Shown here: piece after piece, positions 48,484 through 59,743 of the stretch
How the letters are laid out: the number at the start of each line of letters is the position of its first letter
Position numbering within the stretch: the first letter of the stretch is position 1
Assembly: GCA_046563655.1 (NCBI GenBank)
Contig: CM102290.1
Coordinates: 3,348,001-3,412,000 of the forward strand
DNA from: Yuukianura sp. NJ FZ-2021
Taxonomy: Eukaryota
Reading direction: 5' to 3'
Length of the DNA: 64,000 nucleotides
Position numbers and translations under genes: made by a program
The notes under the pieces: model-generated
What the model was told of the DNA's origin: nothing
Seen by the model: only the letters and a program-made list of their open reading frames with translations
The model's database searches: none

Positions 48484-51400
48484 ATTTTGTTATACTAATG
48501 AAATCTATGGTTTGTCTGTCCGTAATGTGTAATGTCCCTTTCTGTGGTTCGTTCAGAAATTTAGGGTTGATTTCTTAGCATTGCAACTTGCAGATTCCAA
48601 AAGTTGTGTCCAGGCTGCCGTTGTTAGTAGTGTTCATAGGGTTTTCTGTCACGACTGTAGGCTGCAATTTTGAATGCTGCTAACTCACGAAGTTTCTTCT
48701 GTACTGAGGTTGACGTTTTCAGTAGTGTTAACCCTGCCCTGATACTTCAATTTCTAGATGTGCTCAATAAGGCTTAATAGTGAAAATGCTGAAATTGTTT
48801 GTCTCGGGTCTATAGTGGCTACGAAGGGTTTGGAGCGACGCCCCAGCAAGTACTCGTAGCAAGCTCGTTTAATTGAAAATACTCTAAAGTTCGTTTTTCT
48901 TTGTAAAGCAACGTAATCTCGCACTGTAGGTTCAAAATAATTCTCAAATGTATGTAGCAAGGATCTTGGAGTTGTGCCGGAGGGCAAGGAGTTGGCACAA
49001 CCTACATTTTCAAAGGTCAAAGTGAACATAGTGTCCCCGCTTCCAGAAACCCAGATTTGTTTAATCCGAATTTCGGTTTTTTAAGAAAAGCGTCTAAAGC
49101 AAAAGAAAGACTTTTAAAATAATGAGAGAAGTCAAAGTTCTGAAACTTTCTTTCCATATTAAGCCCAAAAATAAATGGAATTACTCTCGAGAATTTTCAA
49201 AACTTCCAAAAACAAACACACGATGAAGCTCTCTTGTCAAAGTTAGGTTTAATTCAATTTTTGGTCCCGTTTCCTGCTCAGAGGAGCCTCTTTTGAGCAT
49301 TCCCGCCGCCATTGTTTTCAAAACTCGCCTATTCTTGTTCTTTAGTTGTGCTAAAATTTGATTTTCCTTCTCCATGCACCCGAGTGAAAGGATCTCCATC
49401 GATGGAGCTCTAAATAAACTCTGCTATCAAATTCTCTTCCTTTTCTAATCAATAACTTCCAGATTCCGGAGGTTTCAAATTATTTATTTAAAATCAACCG
49501 CGCCCACCGACACCGACTCATATTAAAATTTAAAATGAAGCAGCAGTTCTCCTGAAACTCGCCACAACAACTCCAGAACCTACGCTTTTTGAGCGTTACT
49601 AAACAGTTTTACGAAAAACGTGACGTAAATCCTGACAATCTCGAGTGAGAAAGTTTTTGGTTCTTTTTTGAATTTTTTACTTTTATTTTTGAAATTGGCG
49701 GGAGCGGGGGCTGATGACCTCAAGCCTTTTTGCCTTTAAGGAGTGAGGCATTTTAGCACGTGGGGAATTGATTTTTGATGTACTAGGTCGATGCAAGGGC
49801 CAAAGTCAATACTGCGCCTAACCCAAATACGAAAACCAATATTTTTTTAGAAGCGTAACGCACACAAAAAAAAACGTAAACCTGATTGAAAAAGCAATTT
49901 TTTTCAACATGATTAGCATTTTTTTCTTGCTAATTTTTTTTTAAAAAGCTTTTGAAAAGGTTTTACTTGAATTTTTAATAACTGCTTTCACTTTCAAATC
50001 CTCCACGCTACGCTCCATTTTTTCCCCAAAAATGTGAGTCGAATTTGAAAATTTGAACAAAAAAATTAGATCAATATTCAACGAATATACTTATAACACC
50101 GCAAGCATGAAGTTTGATCAATTGGCGGTCAAATTCAAATTTCAAAATTTACATTTTGTTCAAAAGGAATCCTTGATTTACCTTTCAGTAGAATTTGACA
50201 TTGTCGTCTTCTTCAAAATCCGCAATCCATGTTTCTAACTATTTCCTGATAGATTCCACACACGTTTTAGTACAACAGCAGAGGATTCTTTGGTGTGACA
50301 AAAATTTCAAAATTGGCATTTGCAAAATTTAGAAATTGCGAAGTTTTCCACTCTTTGTAATCTTGGAACTGTGCAGTGAGGCTGAAAACGGAGTAGTAGG
50401 CCAAAGGTTAAGCAGGATTACTTAAGTTTAGGTGAGGCACAAGTCCCCTTTGTGTGTGGGCGGGAACGGCTAGTTGCTGTTCGGTCGTCGTTGATGGGAC
50501 TCTGCGGCCTCAAACAAAGTGTTTCATCCGTTCACAGAAAGTGGACTGACACGAGTCCCGAGAAAGCAGATACAGCAGAGGAGGAAGAAGGAAAAAGTTA
50601 CGCAGGCGCTCCTCCCGCGCACTTTCTCTGCAAAACCTAACTGCTAAGGCCTAGTTTTTGGATTCCCCTCCAAAAAAAAAAACAAGTTTTAAAACAAAAC
50701 AAAGTCGGAGGAGAAAGTGAAAGCAAAAGTGAAAGTGAAATCTCATCTCTTTTACAACTTCGGCATTGCTACAGTTTCATGTTCACAACAAGGCAGAAGA
50801 GACTTTGCTCTGAACAAGACTTTCACTTTTTTTTTGTTCAGTTTCTCCCCTTTGATCAAAAATAATGGAATTGAAAAAACCGCAAATTGCCTCATTGTTT
50901 TCTGCACAATCGCCGGTTTTAACCTGTTCGAGTGCAGATGAAAAAGATTTTTTTTCTTGAATTTTTAAAAAATCAGTTTTGTTTTGAAGTTGTTTTGGTT
51001 TGAATACCTTGGGAGTTGAAAAAAATGGAATTGATTTAAACCTTTTGTTTTTGTTATGCTGTTTGGAATTCTTGGTGGACGAAAAAATTTCAAAAAGACC
51101 GTGCTACAGGTTACGAATTTTTTTTATTAGGAAAAGAGTCAAAATTTGGGCAAATTTGATCTTTTGACCTTATTTTGAATTGCACTTGTCAAGAATAAGC
51201 AGAATAAATGAGGTTAGTCAAGAAAAGCACAATTTTTTGCTGCACATTAACAATAGTAGGAAGAAGTTAAAGTTTCGTAATTCAACATAGGGGAACATGC
51301 TACTGGACAGATTTCTAAAAAGATTTTGTTTTGAAATTTTTCGAATTTTGAGAACAGTCGAGTTTTGAAAGTACAAGCAATTTTTTAGTTTTCGCTGAAA

Positions 51401-51520
51401 TGAAAATCTTGGCCACAATTTATTTTCCTTCTATTTTGGAATGAAAAAAAAATTGTCAAACCCCATTTCCTTTGGTAGTGACTAAACCCCTGGTGAATCG
51501 GATTTCAGTGTTTCTTACTT

Positions 51521-52178
51521 TTAGTTTCTTCCTCCGCAGTATCTCAGCATTGTCCGAACGCCGCAGGCTCGTTTGCAGCACTCGTCAGTGAGACTTCTTC
51601 GGACACGATGCTGCCCCAGTCCTTCCGTAAAAATGTGCATGGCCACTGTTTTGGAATTTTTGGGCCAGAGGTCAAGGTCAGTCGAGGTCAAAGAATTGTC
51701 TTGGCCGTCCCAAGTCTCTCCGTCAAAGTCCACTGGAGCAAATTCGTTGTTTAAGGAAGAAGATGACAGGAATTTGTCAAGCGGCATCTTTCCGTCGTCG
51801 TCATAGGCAGCTCCCAAGTCTGGAAGACAAAAGAATTAGCATGTTTATGATCCACACTAGGTTAGGTTTCAAAAATTTTCCAGAGCTCTTTTAAGTTAGG
51901 CTAGAATAGGTTATGGTTTGGCTGAAAATATAAAAACGGTTACTGGCTAGTGCTGGATCGGATCGTCGTGTTAGAGCAGCATAGTTTCCTTGACAGAGAT
52001 TCCGAACGGCGTCGACCAAGCGTGAACCGCAGTACTGCATTTCACCGCGCTTGATCAGTTGTTGTGCCGTGTGAATCCAAGCTCCACCGTGCCCACCATC
52101 CGGAGCACAACAAACTAATGCAACGCTCAGCGTTATCCAAACCAACAGGCAGGAACTGAACTTCTTTCCACTTTCCAT
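51521..52178 (-). CDS. Insulin-like peptide precursor; coding exons 52178-51944 and 51819-51521
   Basis: Signal peptide MESGKKFSSCLLVWITLSVALVCC, B chain GEMQYCGSRLVDAVRNLCQGNYAALT-RR, C peptide interrupted by a phase-1 intron, RVRR cleavage site, and A chain SLTDECCKRACGVRTMLRYCGGRN (CC-x3-C-x8-C). All six insulin-family cysteines are present. Confidence 0.93.
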
Positions 52179-52421
52179 TTCTAAAACTACAAAAAATAGG
52201 GTATTACAAATTGCAAAACTTTGAACCTTGGTTTGAAATTTTGAAAAGGCTAACTGTTTTGGATTCGGACTAACTTTGTGTGAGTCTGAAAGGGCCGAAA
52301 TTTGAACCAATTGTCAAAGGAGCAACTGAAGGTTAGTGTGAATTTGGAAAAGTTAGGTTAGGGGTTATGTCACTGGTCCACCGGCGGTCGTGGAGTGTGT
52401 CTGTGGTGACAATGGTGGTCC

Positions 52422-52461
52422 AAGTGAAGTGTCCTGTACGTCTTTCCAGACGTCTTATATA
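52422..52461 (-). promoter_or_regulatory. Putative TATA box and initiator of the insulin-like peptide gene
   Basis: TATATAA at 52461-52455 with Inr-like ACACTTCACTT about 30 nt downstream. An acceptor TTTTAG just before the ATG implies a non-coding first exon. Confidence 0.5.
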
Positions 52462-55400
52462 CTGTAAGGTCCTTGTTTTCCTTCGCACTTGTCTCTGGAC
52501 TTCAACTGGTGACAAGCACTTATGAAGTGTGACGACTCATAATTATATCGCACCATCCGCATCATTGCCTCGCACCGTCTTACAATTTTCATCGAGTAGC
52601 AGCCGTTTTTAATCAACTTTTAAGTAAACTTTTAAAAAAAAAGTTTACAATATTTTTAAAAAATGGTTCTGTAGAAACCAAAATTGGAAAAGTTTCCATT
52701 GTAAAATGAAATTAAACGTTACCGATCAGTTAATAGGTGTTTGGAACCGTGTGGTAGACTAATATCGACTAAAATTGATCAAAAATCTAAATGATTTAAA
52801 CAATTTTTGGATAGTACTCTTTCTAAACCTACCCTTTCACTCATTTTTATTTTCCACACCTAATCTTCCGTCGAACACTTAAGAATTCTTTGATTTTAAT
52901 CTTCTAACCCGGATCTCATATTGTTCAATTAATCTTTGAATAATCAACGCTAAACCAATAGAGCCTCAGCGGCATTTTCAAAATTCAGGATGAACAAAAT
53001 TCCAGGCATAATCCATTTTTAATAAGTCAAGTGTCAATCAGTCCGTGTAGTCTCCAGTACTCACATCTTTTCTCTTCCAGGATCTGATGGTATAATTCAT
53101 TTTCCAGGTGAGTGGTCAGCTTAAACTTAAATCTGGTGGGCTATAAATTGTTGACAAAAACAATTGGCAATCAAGCAGAAGGATTAATTAGAGTTAGCGT
53201 AGCATGGCTACGGCTGCAGGCATGCTAGATATATTGCGTCAAACATGGTAAAAATCTTAGAATCCAAAGTCTAATCTTCTATTTGCTTTTACTCCTCAAG
53301 AATGTACTAAAGAATCTTAAAAAATAAGAAACTGCTCCAAGTCTAAAATACTATTACGTTGTTTGGCTGCGTAGTAAATTGAAGGAAGTTTAAAAAAAGA
53401 ACTGTCAAAAGCTACGATGATTAAAGATAATAGTCATATAAAGTAACCATTGAAAAGTCATCAAAGTTTCATAACAAACCACCTTATTGTCACAACAGCC
53501 TACTTTTCCAGAATTCAAAATTTTGAACTTTTACATTAATAATTTCAAAAAAGTTGCATTTTTGAAAAATGAAATTCGTACAAACTATAAATGAGCCATC
53601 GTAAATTTTCCTGAGCTAAAACGTTTCTAAACGTTTCTATCAATGCATTTTTCTCGATGTAAATGAAGACAAAAAAAAATCGTTTTCTTCCATTTCTCTG
53701 AAACGTTTTTTTTCGTCGTTTGTCCCATAAAAATTCTGTGTGTACCAGGGAACGAAGAAAACCATTTTGTGTAACAGTATATTTTGGTTTAGCAATTTTG
53801 TTATTACATTTTATATACATATAATGTATCATATTGTGTATTTCAATATTTAAAGTTATATTGAAGGTGAGGTTGTACCTAGTTGAAAACGTTTTGTTTT
53901 GCCTTTTTTCCCGTTTGCCGTAGCGGGAGTCCGAGAGACAAACGTTCTCTAGCGGGAAGAAGAAGCAGTGTTTAAAAGTCAAACGAAAAAGTGACGTTTC
54001 GTCGCTGGGAGTCTCTCTACCTCTTGACAAAACAAGAGAAGGAGTAGTACTTAATTCACCTGTGTGTTGTATTCAAGTGTGTTAGTAATTGATGGTGCTT
54101 AACCTAATTGAAGTTAATTGTGTTAAAACTAACTGAGTTGTTTAATTGTTATCCATTGTTGTCATATTTGGAACAAAGGGGACGAGGAGGAGTGTGGGGG
54201 TGGAAAGAGGGAGGAATTCCCTCTTTGTTCTGAAGATGGCAGAAGAGCCATCAAACTTTCCCTCTTTTCAGAAGAAGAACACAGGAATCAGATGTTTTCA
54301 ACAATTAATCCTTCAGGGGATACGCAAATCATCGGCCTTCTGGAATCTTCACTAATCGTTCAACAAAAAGTGCCACACCTTCTCAATTACTAATTGGTTC
54401 TACTAATCTCTTCGTACTTAATCGTCAGGATCCTGTACATTACACCGGTGCTCAACTTGGTAACTAATTGTGTTCAACTGTCAACTTACTAGCGAGAGCG
54501 ACGTTAATTGCGGTAAGTTAAACCTCATTTAAACCTCATATCATACGATGTAGGGCCGTAGACAATTAGTTGGTTCGTGGATAGGGAACCTATGCGGAAA
54601 TATGGCACTGCTAACTATTGTATAACGATTAAGGTACTACTGCTATTGGAAGGTTAATTGTTGGAAGTAATTGGATAGCCAATACGAAAGGCAATGGATC
54701 AAGGAATTTCAATGATGCTGGTGTCATTGTTATTAGGAGTTTACGAATACTTGAATCGACGTATAACATTGACCGGTTGACCAACAGCCACTACTTACTA
54801 CTCTAGTACTCTGTAGGACACAAGACGTTTCGACGACGTCATGTTGTTTATTGGTCTAGACTTCAAAAAGAGCACTTTTGCAAGTGCTGATGAGTATAAC
54901 GCCATCAGGTACGTCAAAGATCATCTTAACGTTTCTTTGATTTTGATTCATTAGAGCCTGGATCTTAGCCATGGTTCCCAAGATTCGTGATGAGGCATGA
55001 CGAACGACGAAGTGAAAGGGGAGTAGTACTTGGCACTTTGGATTTGGAAGTTTTTGAGCTCCTTTTCCTTAGCTGCGGTTGAAGTGGTTCATTAATTTGA
55101 AAAATTTGGCTCAGATGTAAAGATCCTTTCAGCATTTCAGTGGAGAGGTTCTAAAGCCTTCATTATTTCGCCATTTTGAAATCATCTCGACAGTCACCCC
55201 AGTCCGATCCGTGAGTCACCCTCCGCCGCATCTCCGAATTAACGTTAGACTAGTAGCTAGGATTGCAAGAGATTTTCGGTTTTCAAGTCTTTTGGAATAC
55301 TAAGTTTTGACGGTTCGTAGCGCAGCAATGCCTGTATTTATGCTTTCTTTACTTTTCGATTAACCGCTACGATGTTCGAATGTTCCAGACAATTTTTTAC

Positions 55401-58400
55401 GTTTAGCGCATATCTGTCTACCGTAATGTTAATGTTGAGAACTTGTAACACAAGCCAAAATTGTCTTTGCCCCCTTCACCGCCAATTCATCTTCTGGTGA
55501 ATATTAAGTGTAGGGAACATTAGAGCTAAGAACTCTAATTGAATCTGTCTTCCGTGGGATCACAATTCACTTTCACTTGGAAAGACACGATCGGTTATAG
55601 GGTAGCCGAACTTTAGTTTAGCTTAGGCGTTTTACTGCTAAGCTAAACCACGAAAAACGTTGTTCTTGCGTAAAAAAAAGTTTTTTGAAACTGAACACTG
55701 CAAATCTGGAGCTCGTATACAGATTTCCAAATTTTGACTTTTTTGAGCCCATGAGTTGTAAGGCTCCATTTTAGCATTAAAACACAATTCGGTGCGACTG
55801 ACGTTTCGGTAATGGTAAGGTGACGAACATTAGGACTCGGCTGTAAGAACGTAACTTAAAGTTTCTAACGTTATAAACTCAAAAAGTCTTTTCTCTTGTG
55901 TATCCAAAATCACACAGAAAACAAGTAAATGGGCGGAAAGGAATTTTGGATCTCCATAAAAAAGGATTAGGTTTGTTTATGCTTAAACGATTTATGCAGA
56001 ATTTTCGGGTGAAAGTGGGTGAAAATGGATTTCAGGCTTGGAAAACATGGCGGCAGTAGGAGGGTTTATCCCTATGCAAACCCGTATGCTTCCAAAATCT
56101 ATGTCAGTTGAGGTCGTTTAGGAAATCGGATTCTTTCCTTGCCGCGCCGTCAGGAATGGCTTCCGGATCCGCTAGACGCCAACCAGATTTTTTAGTCTAA
56201 CGTCCTTTCTAAAGATTTTTTTTTTACTTTAGAGCCCGTCAGTCGTCTATATAAGACTTTACGTAAAGAATTTTAGACAGGAAGATGAGATCCCAACATC
56301 AATTTTACTGCTTTTGAGCAAGATTTTCACGACGAAGAAAGAAAATCTCGTCGTAACTTAATTTTGGTTTTATGTTTTGTTGGCTTTCTCTCACTTTTCC
56401 CCGGAAAGCACAAACTTGCGCTTTACGTGTTTAGAAGTAACTAAACACCGTTTGTCTAAGTGTTGTGTACTGAATCACTCGTGTACACCATTTTTGTTGA
56501 CTGTTTTTGTAATGTTGAATTTCGGACTTGGTGAAAAGGTGGCGACGGGATTGGAAACCACGGAGCGTGCCACTAGATTGACGCTGGATTTAATTATAAT
56601 GCGGAAAGAGTGCACTTTTAGTTGTTGCCCTAGGAGAATTGTGGAGTGGGTTTTGGACGGGTTCTGTCATTTAATGGATCCTCTAGCATTTAATTTGGTT
56701 ACAAGGGCTCTCTGCTACCACTTTGTTCTTTCTAAGTCCAAGAGAGTTGCATCGTGGGGCACTTGAGCCACTGATGATGGATATCCTCAGACTAGAGTTG
56801 TCAATTAGGGCCCACCTTAGTCACAAAAAAGGCCCTTGTGGGGGCATTCAATTGAGCTAATGGACCGGAGGGAGGAGGACTTGAGGCACTAATTGCAAAG
56901 GGGCCCTTGGCCTTATAGGCCCTGAGATGAATTTGGTAAGGAATTTGGCAAGTCCTGTTGTAATGTGGCGGTGCAGAGATGGATCGGAGTGTAGGATATT
57001 TGATTGGAATGGACGTCAAGCGAGCGGAGTCGTTTGTGCAGAGGAATTCGGGTTTTCTCCGGGAGATTTTTAGGCTGTTTCTGGAGAAGTCCAATTGGAA
57101 AAGTGGAGTTGTTTCCTTTCTCTTTGGGAGAGGCGGATAATTTTCCCTTGTCAGGATGTCTTGGATTTGTTACAAGAGTACCACCATAATGGAATGTCCC
57201 CGCACTAACTCAAATGGGAAAAAGAGCGGGAAGAGGTTCAAGTCTAATACGAAGAGATGGAAGAAATGCTTTCTCAAATGTCTTCTAATACGTCTCCGAT
57301 TCGGCAGGAAAATAAAGTGAAAGTCCGTATTCTCATTCCTTTTCCTGCTCTTTTCTTATCCCGATCCCATTATTTCTGCTCCAGGGTTACCCGGGTAGTG
57401 TCTATTTCGTGAGTGGTCCTGTCCACACTGGGTACCGATTCGGTACGCTGGGTTTTCTCTCGGTACCTGTTTTATGTCGGGTTTTCCGTTTTGGTAGTGT
57501 ATGTTTCAGTTCGGTACACAGTCGCGGCTGGATTGAACGGAAGCGTTGTAAGCAATGTAAAATTCTGGTTCCACCCGTCGGTATTTTGGCGGGAATGAAT
57601 TTTGACGTTTCCAACTTTTTTTTTGTGTTGAAAAGTGAAATTGGGATGTAATTTTGTAAAATCTGGTTTTATAGTTTGAAATTTTGAAGATAGGTAAACG
57701 TTTGGGCATTGCTTTAAAATGTTGTAAAAAGGACGGTGGGCCGATTACCCACGAATCCGAGACACGAGTGTTCAAATCACCCTGATTTTTGTTCCATAGT
57801 AACACAGCGGATTATCCACCACTTTCTTTTCCAAAATGGAAGTATCTTTCGTTGTTGCAGAAGTCTACTGTGACAACAAAAGAGAAAGTACTGGAATTTG
57901 CAATGATTTTTCTTAAAACACAGTTCAAAATTTAGCAAACGGAGTCTATTGAGAGAGAGAAGAAGGTCAATTGAAATTTTTGAACTTTGAAAGTTGAAAT
58001 CCGTCCAGGAAGATCATAATAATTAATGTCCACTCTTTTCATCTCTTTCACCCGTAACTTTTAATGTTATAGGAAAGGCTTTCAATTTGGTGTCCCCCTT
58101 TCAACTCTGGACTTTGGTAAAAACTATGAAAGTGCATGAGAGTAAGAAAGTAATTTAATTTAATTGGACTTTTAACTCAGTTGACTTGTCGAAAAAATAT
58201 TCTTTTTCGTTTGAACAAAGTATTCGCTTCAAAGATCTTGTCTTGGATGGAGTTTCCGTGTGCTCAATCTCAATCTCTTCATATAACTTTCAATTCACTT
58301 GATTCCCTGTAGTAAAAAAGCTTTTCGATTATTGGCAACCAGCTCAAGCGATTTAGTTTTATTGTCATGTCTCCAGAGTTAATTTGAAAAGGGCGGAAAT

Positions 58401-59664
58401 AGTCTTCAGCTCAATTTGTACAATGGAGAAACTTTCAGACGCACTTTAAATTTTTTGATTTCATTTTTTTTTTGAAATTCGGAAAAAAAATTAAAATAAA
58501 AGAAATTCAAACAAAGAGAAACCAGGGAAGAAGAGACAAAAAATTATGAGGAGGGGATTTTTTTTTTCATTTTCTCAAGGAAGGGAACGGCAGACGCCGT
58601 TTAAATTTTTAGCTGAGATTTGCACAAATTTATGGAAGGAATTTGAAATCTCTGAACTCTGAGTTCAATATTTATTTTTGTGGACTTTCTCCCGCACTTT
58701 TTTTAGTGAAAGTGATCTGCTTGCCCTCTCAAGTTTTTTTTTTATTTGAAGAGGGTGTATGCGATAGAAAGGACTTCCTGTGAGATCCTACTGAATATTC
58801 TGCCGCATCAGTTTCTTCTGAGATTTATGGGTGGAGTCTCCTTGTGGTGACAAGGAACAGAACTGCCGAAAAGCCCAAAAGCGACAAAGTCAAACCCAAA
58901 GAAATCCTGACTCAGCAGTCGTGTCAAAATGGTTTTCTTCTCCCGCCAAAAACCAACTTATATTTTAAATTACGCGCTAGAGAATAAGTTATACTTTGGG
59001 ATCTTACGACAGGACAGAGACTAAAGTTTGGTCGAAACGAGAGTATATACTTCCAGTACTTGTGACCTAAAATATTTCTAAGGAAATGAAAGAATCTCCC
59101 TCCTGCCTCCACTTTCGGATATTGGAATTCAAACTATCCCGCCATCTTTCACTCTTATTTTCCCATTAGCCTCATCATCACTTTCTCCTTCGGAAATGGC
59201 CCCGAACCTAGGAAATATTTTCTAGGTGCAAGTTACGGCTGTACGGCAATCAAGATTTTGCTTCTGAAAATCCAGTTTTTCCGCTTGAAAAATTTTATCA
59301 AACTTTATTTTAATTTAACATTTAAAGGTTTGAAAAGTTGAAGGTTCACTATTACCAGACCTGCCAGAAATATTTAATTCCCATGCCTGTCATTTTAGCA
59401 AAATCAATATTGCTGGGGACTATTTCACCACTTTACAATTTTCACTTTTCAATAATCAATCCTCATTTTTGAATTTTTGCAAAAAAGTGAGGATGAAGAG
59501 CGTTTCACCATAACAACAGACTCCTCAAATTTCCTTCCGCAGTTTTGAACCTTTTTTTTGAAAAGTGAGGAAGAAAAAAAGAAAAGTGAAGAATGATGAC
59601 CCTTCGTAAATGAACATTTCACTACTGGAAACTTTAGGTTCAAGCAGAACATGTTGGTCGTTTA

Positions 59665-59741
59665 TTGGTCACTGTCCGTTAGTGACTGTCCATTGGCGAC
59701 CGTCGGTTAGTGACTGTATGTTGGTGACTGTCAATTGGCGA
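59665..59741. repeat. 14-bp minisatellite (about 5.5 copies, consensus near ttggtgactgtccg)
   Basis: ttggtcactgtccg / ttagtgactgtcca / ttggcgaccgtcgg / ttagtgactgtatg / ttggtgactgtcaa / ttggcga. Confidence 0.85.
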
Positions 59742-59743
59742 TT

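Noticed and set aside
49181..49399. 72-aa ORF as an alternative first exon of TRMT9B
   Set aside because: No convincing in-frame donor or homology; cannot be supported without transcript data.
53545..54030. 161-aa minus-strand ORF
   Set aside because: Non-ATG start and composition driven by A/T tracts, with no domain resemblance.
57410..57600. PIF/Harbinger-like terminus (ggtcctgtccacactgg...)
   Set aside because: No matching inverted end, target-site duplication or transposase remnant found in the window.
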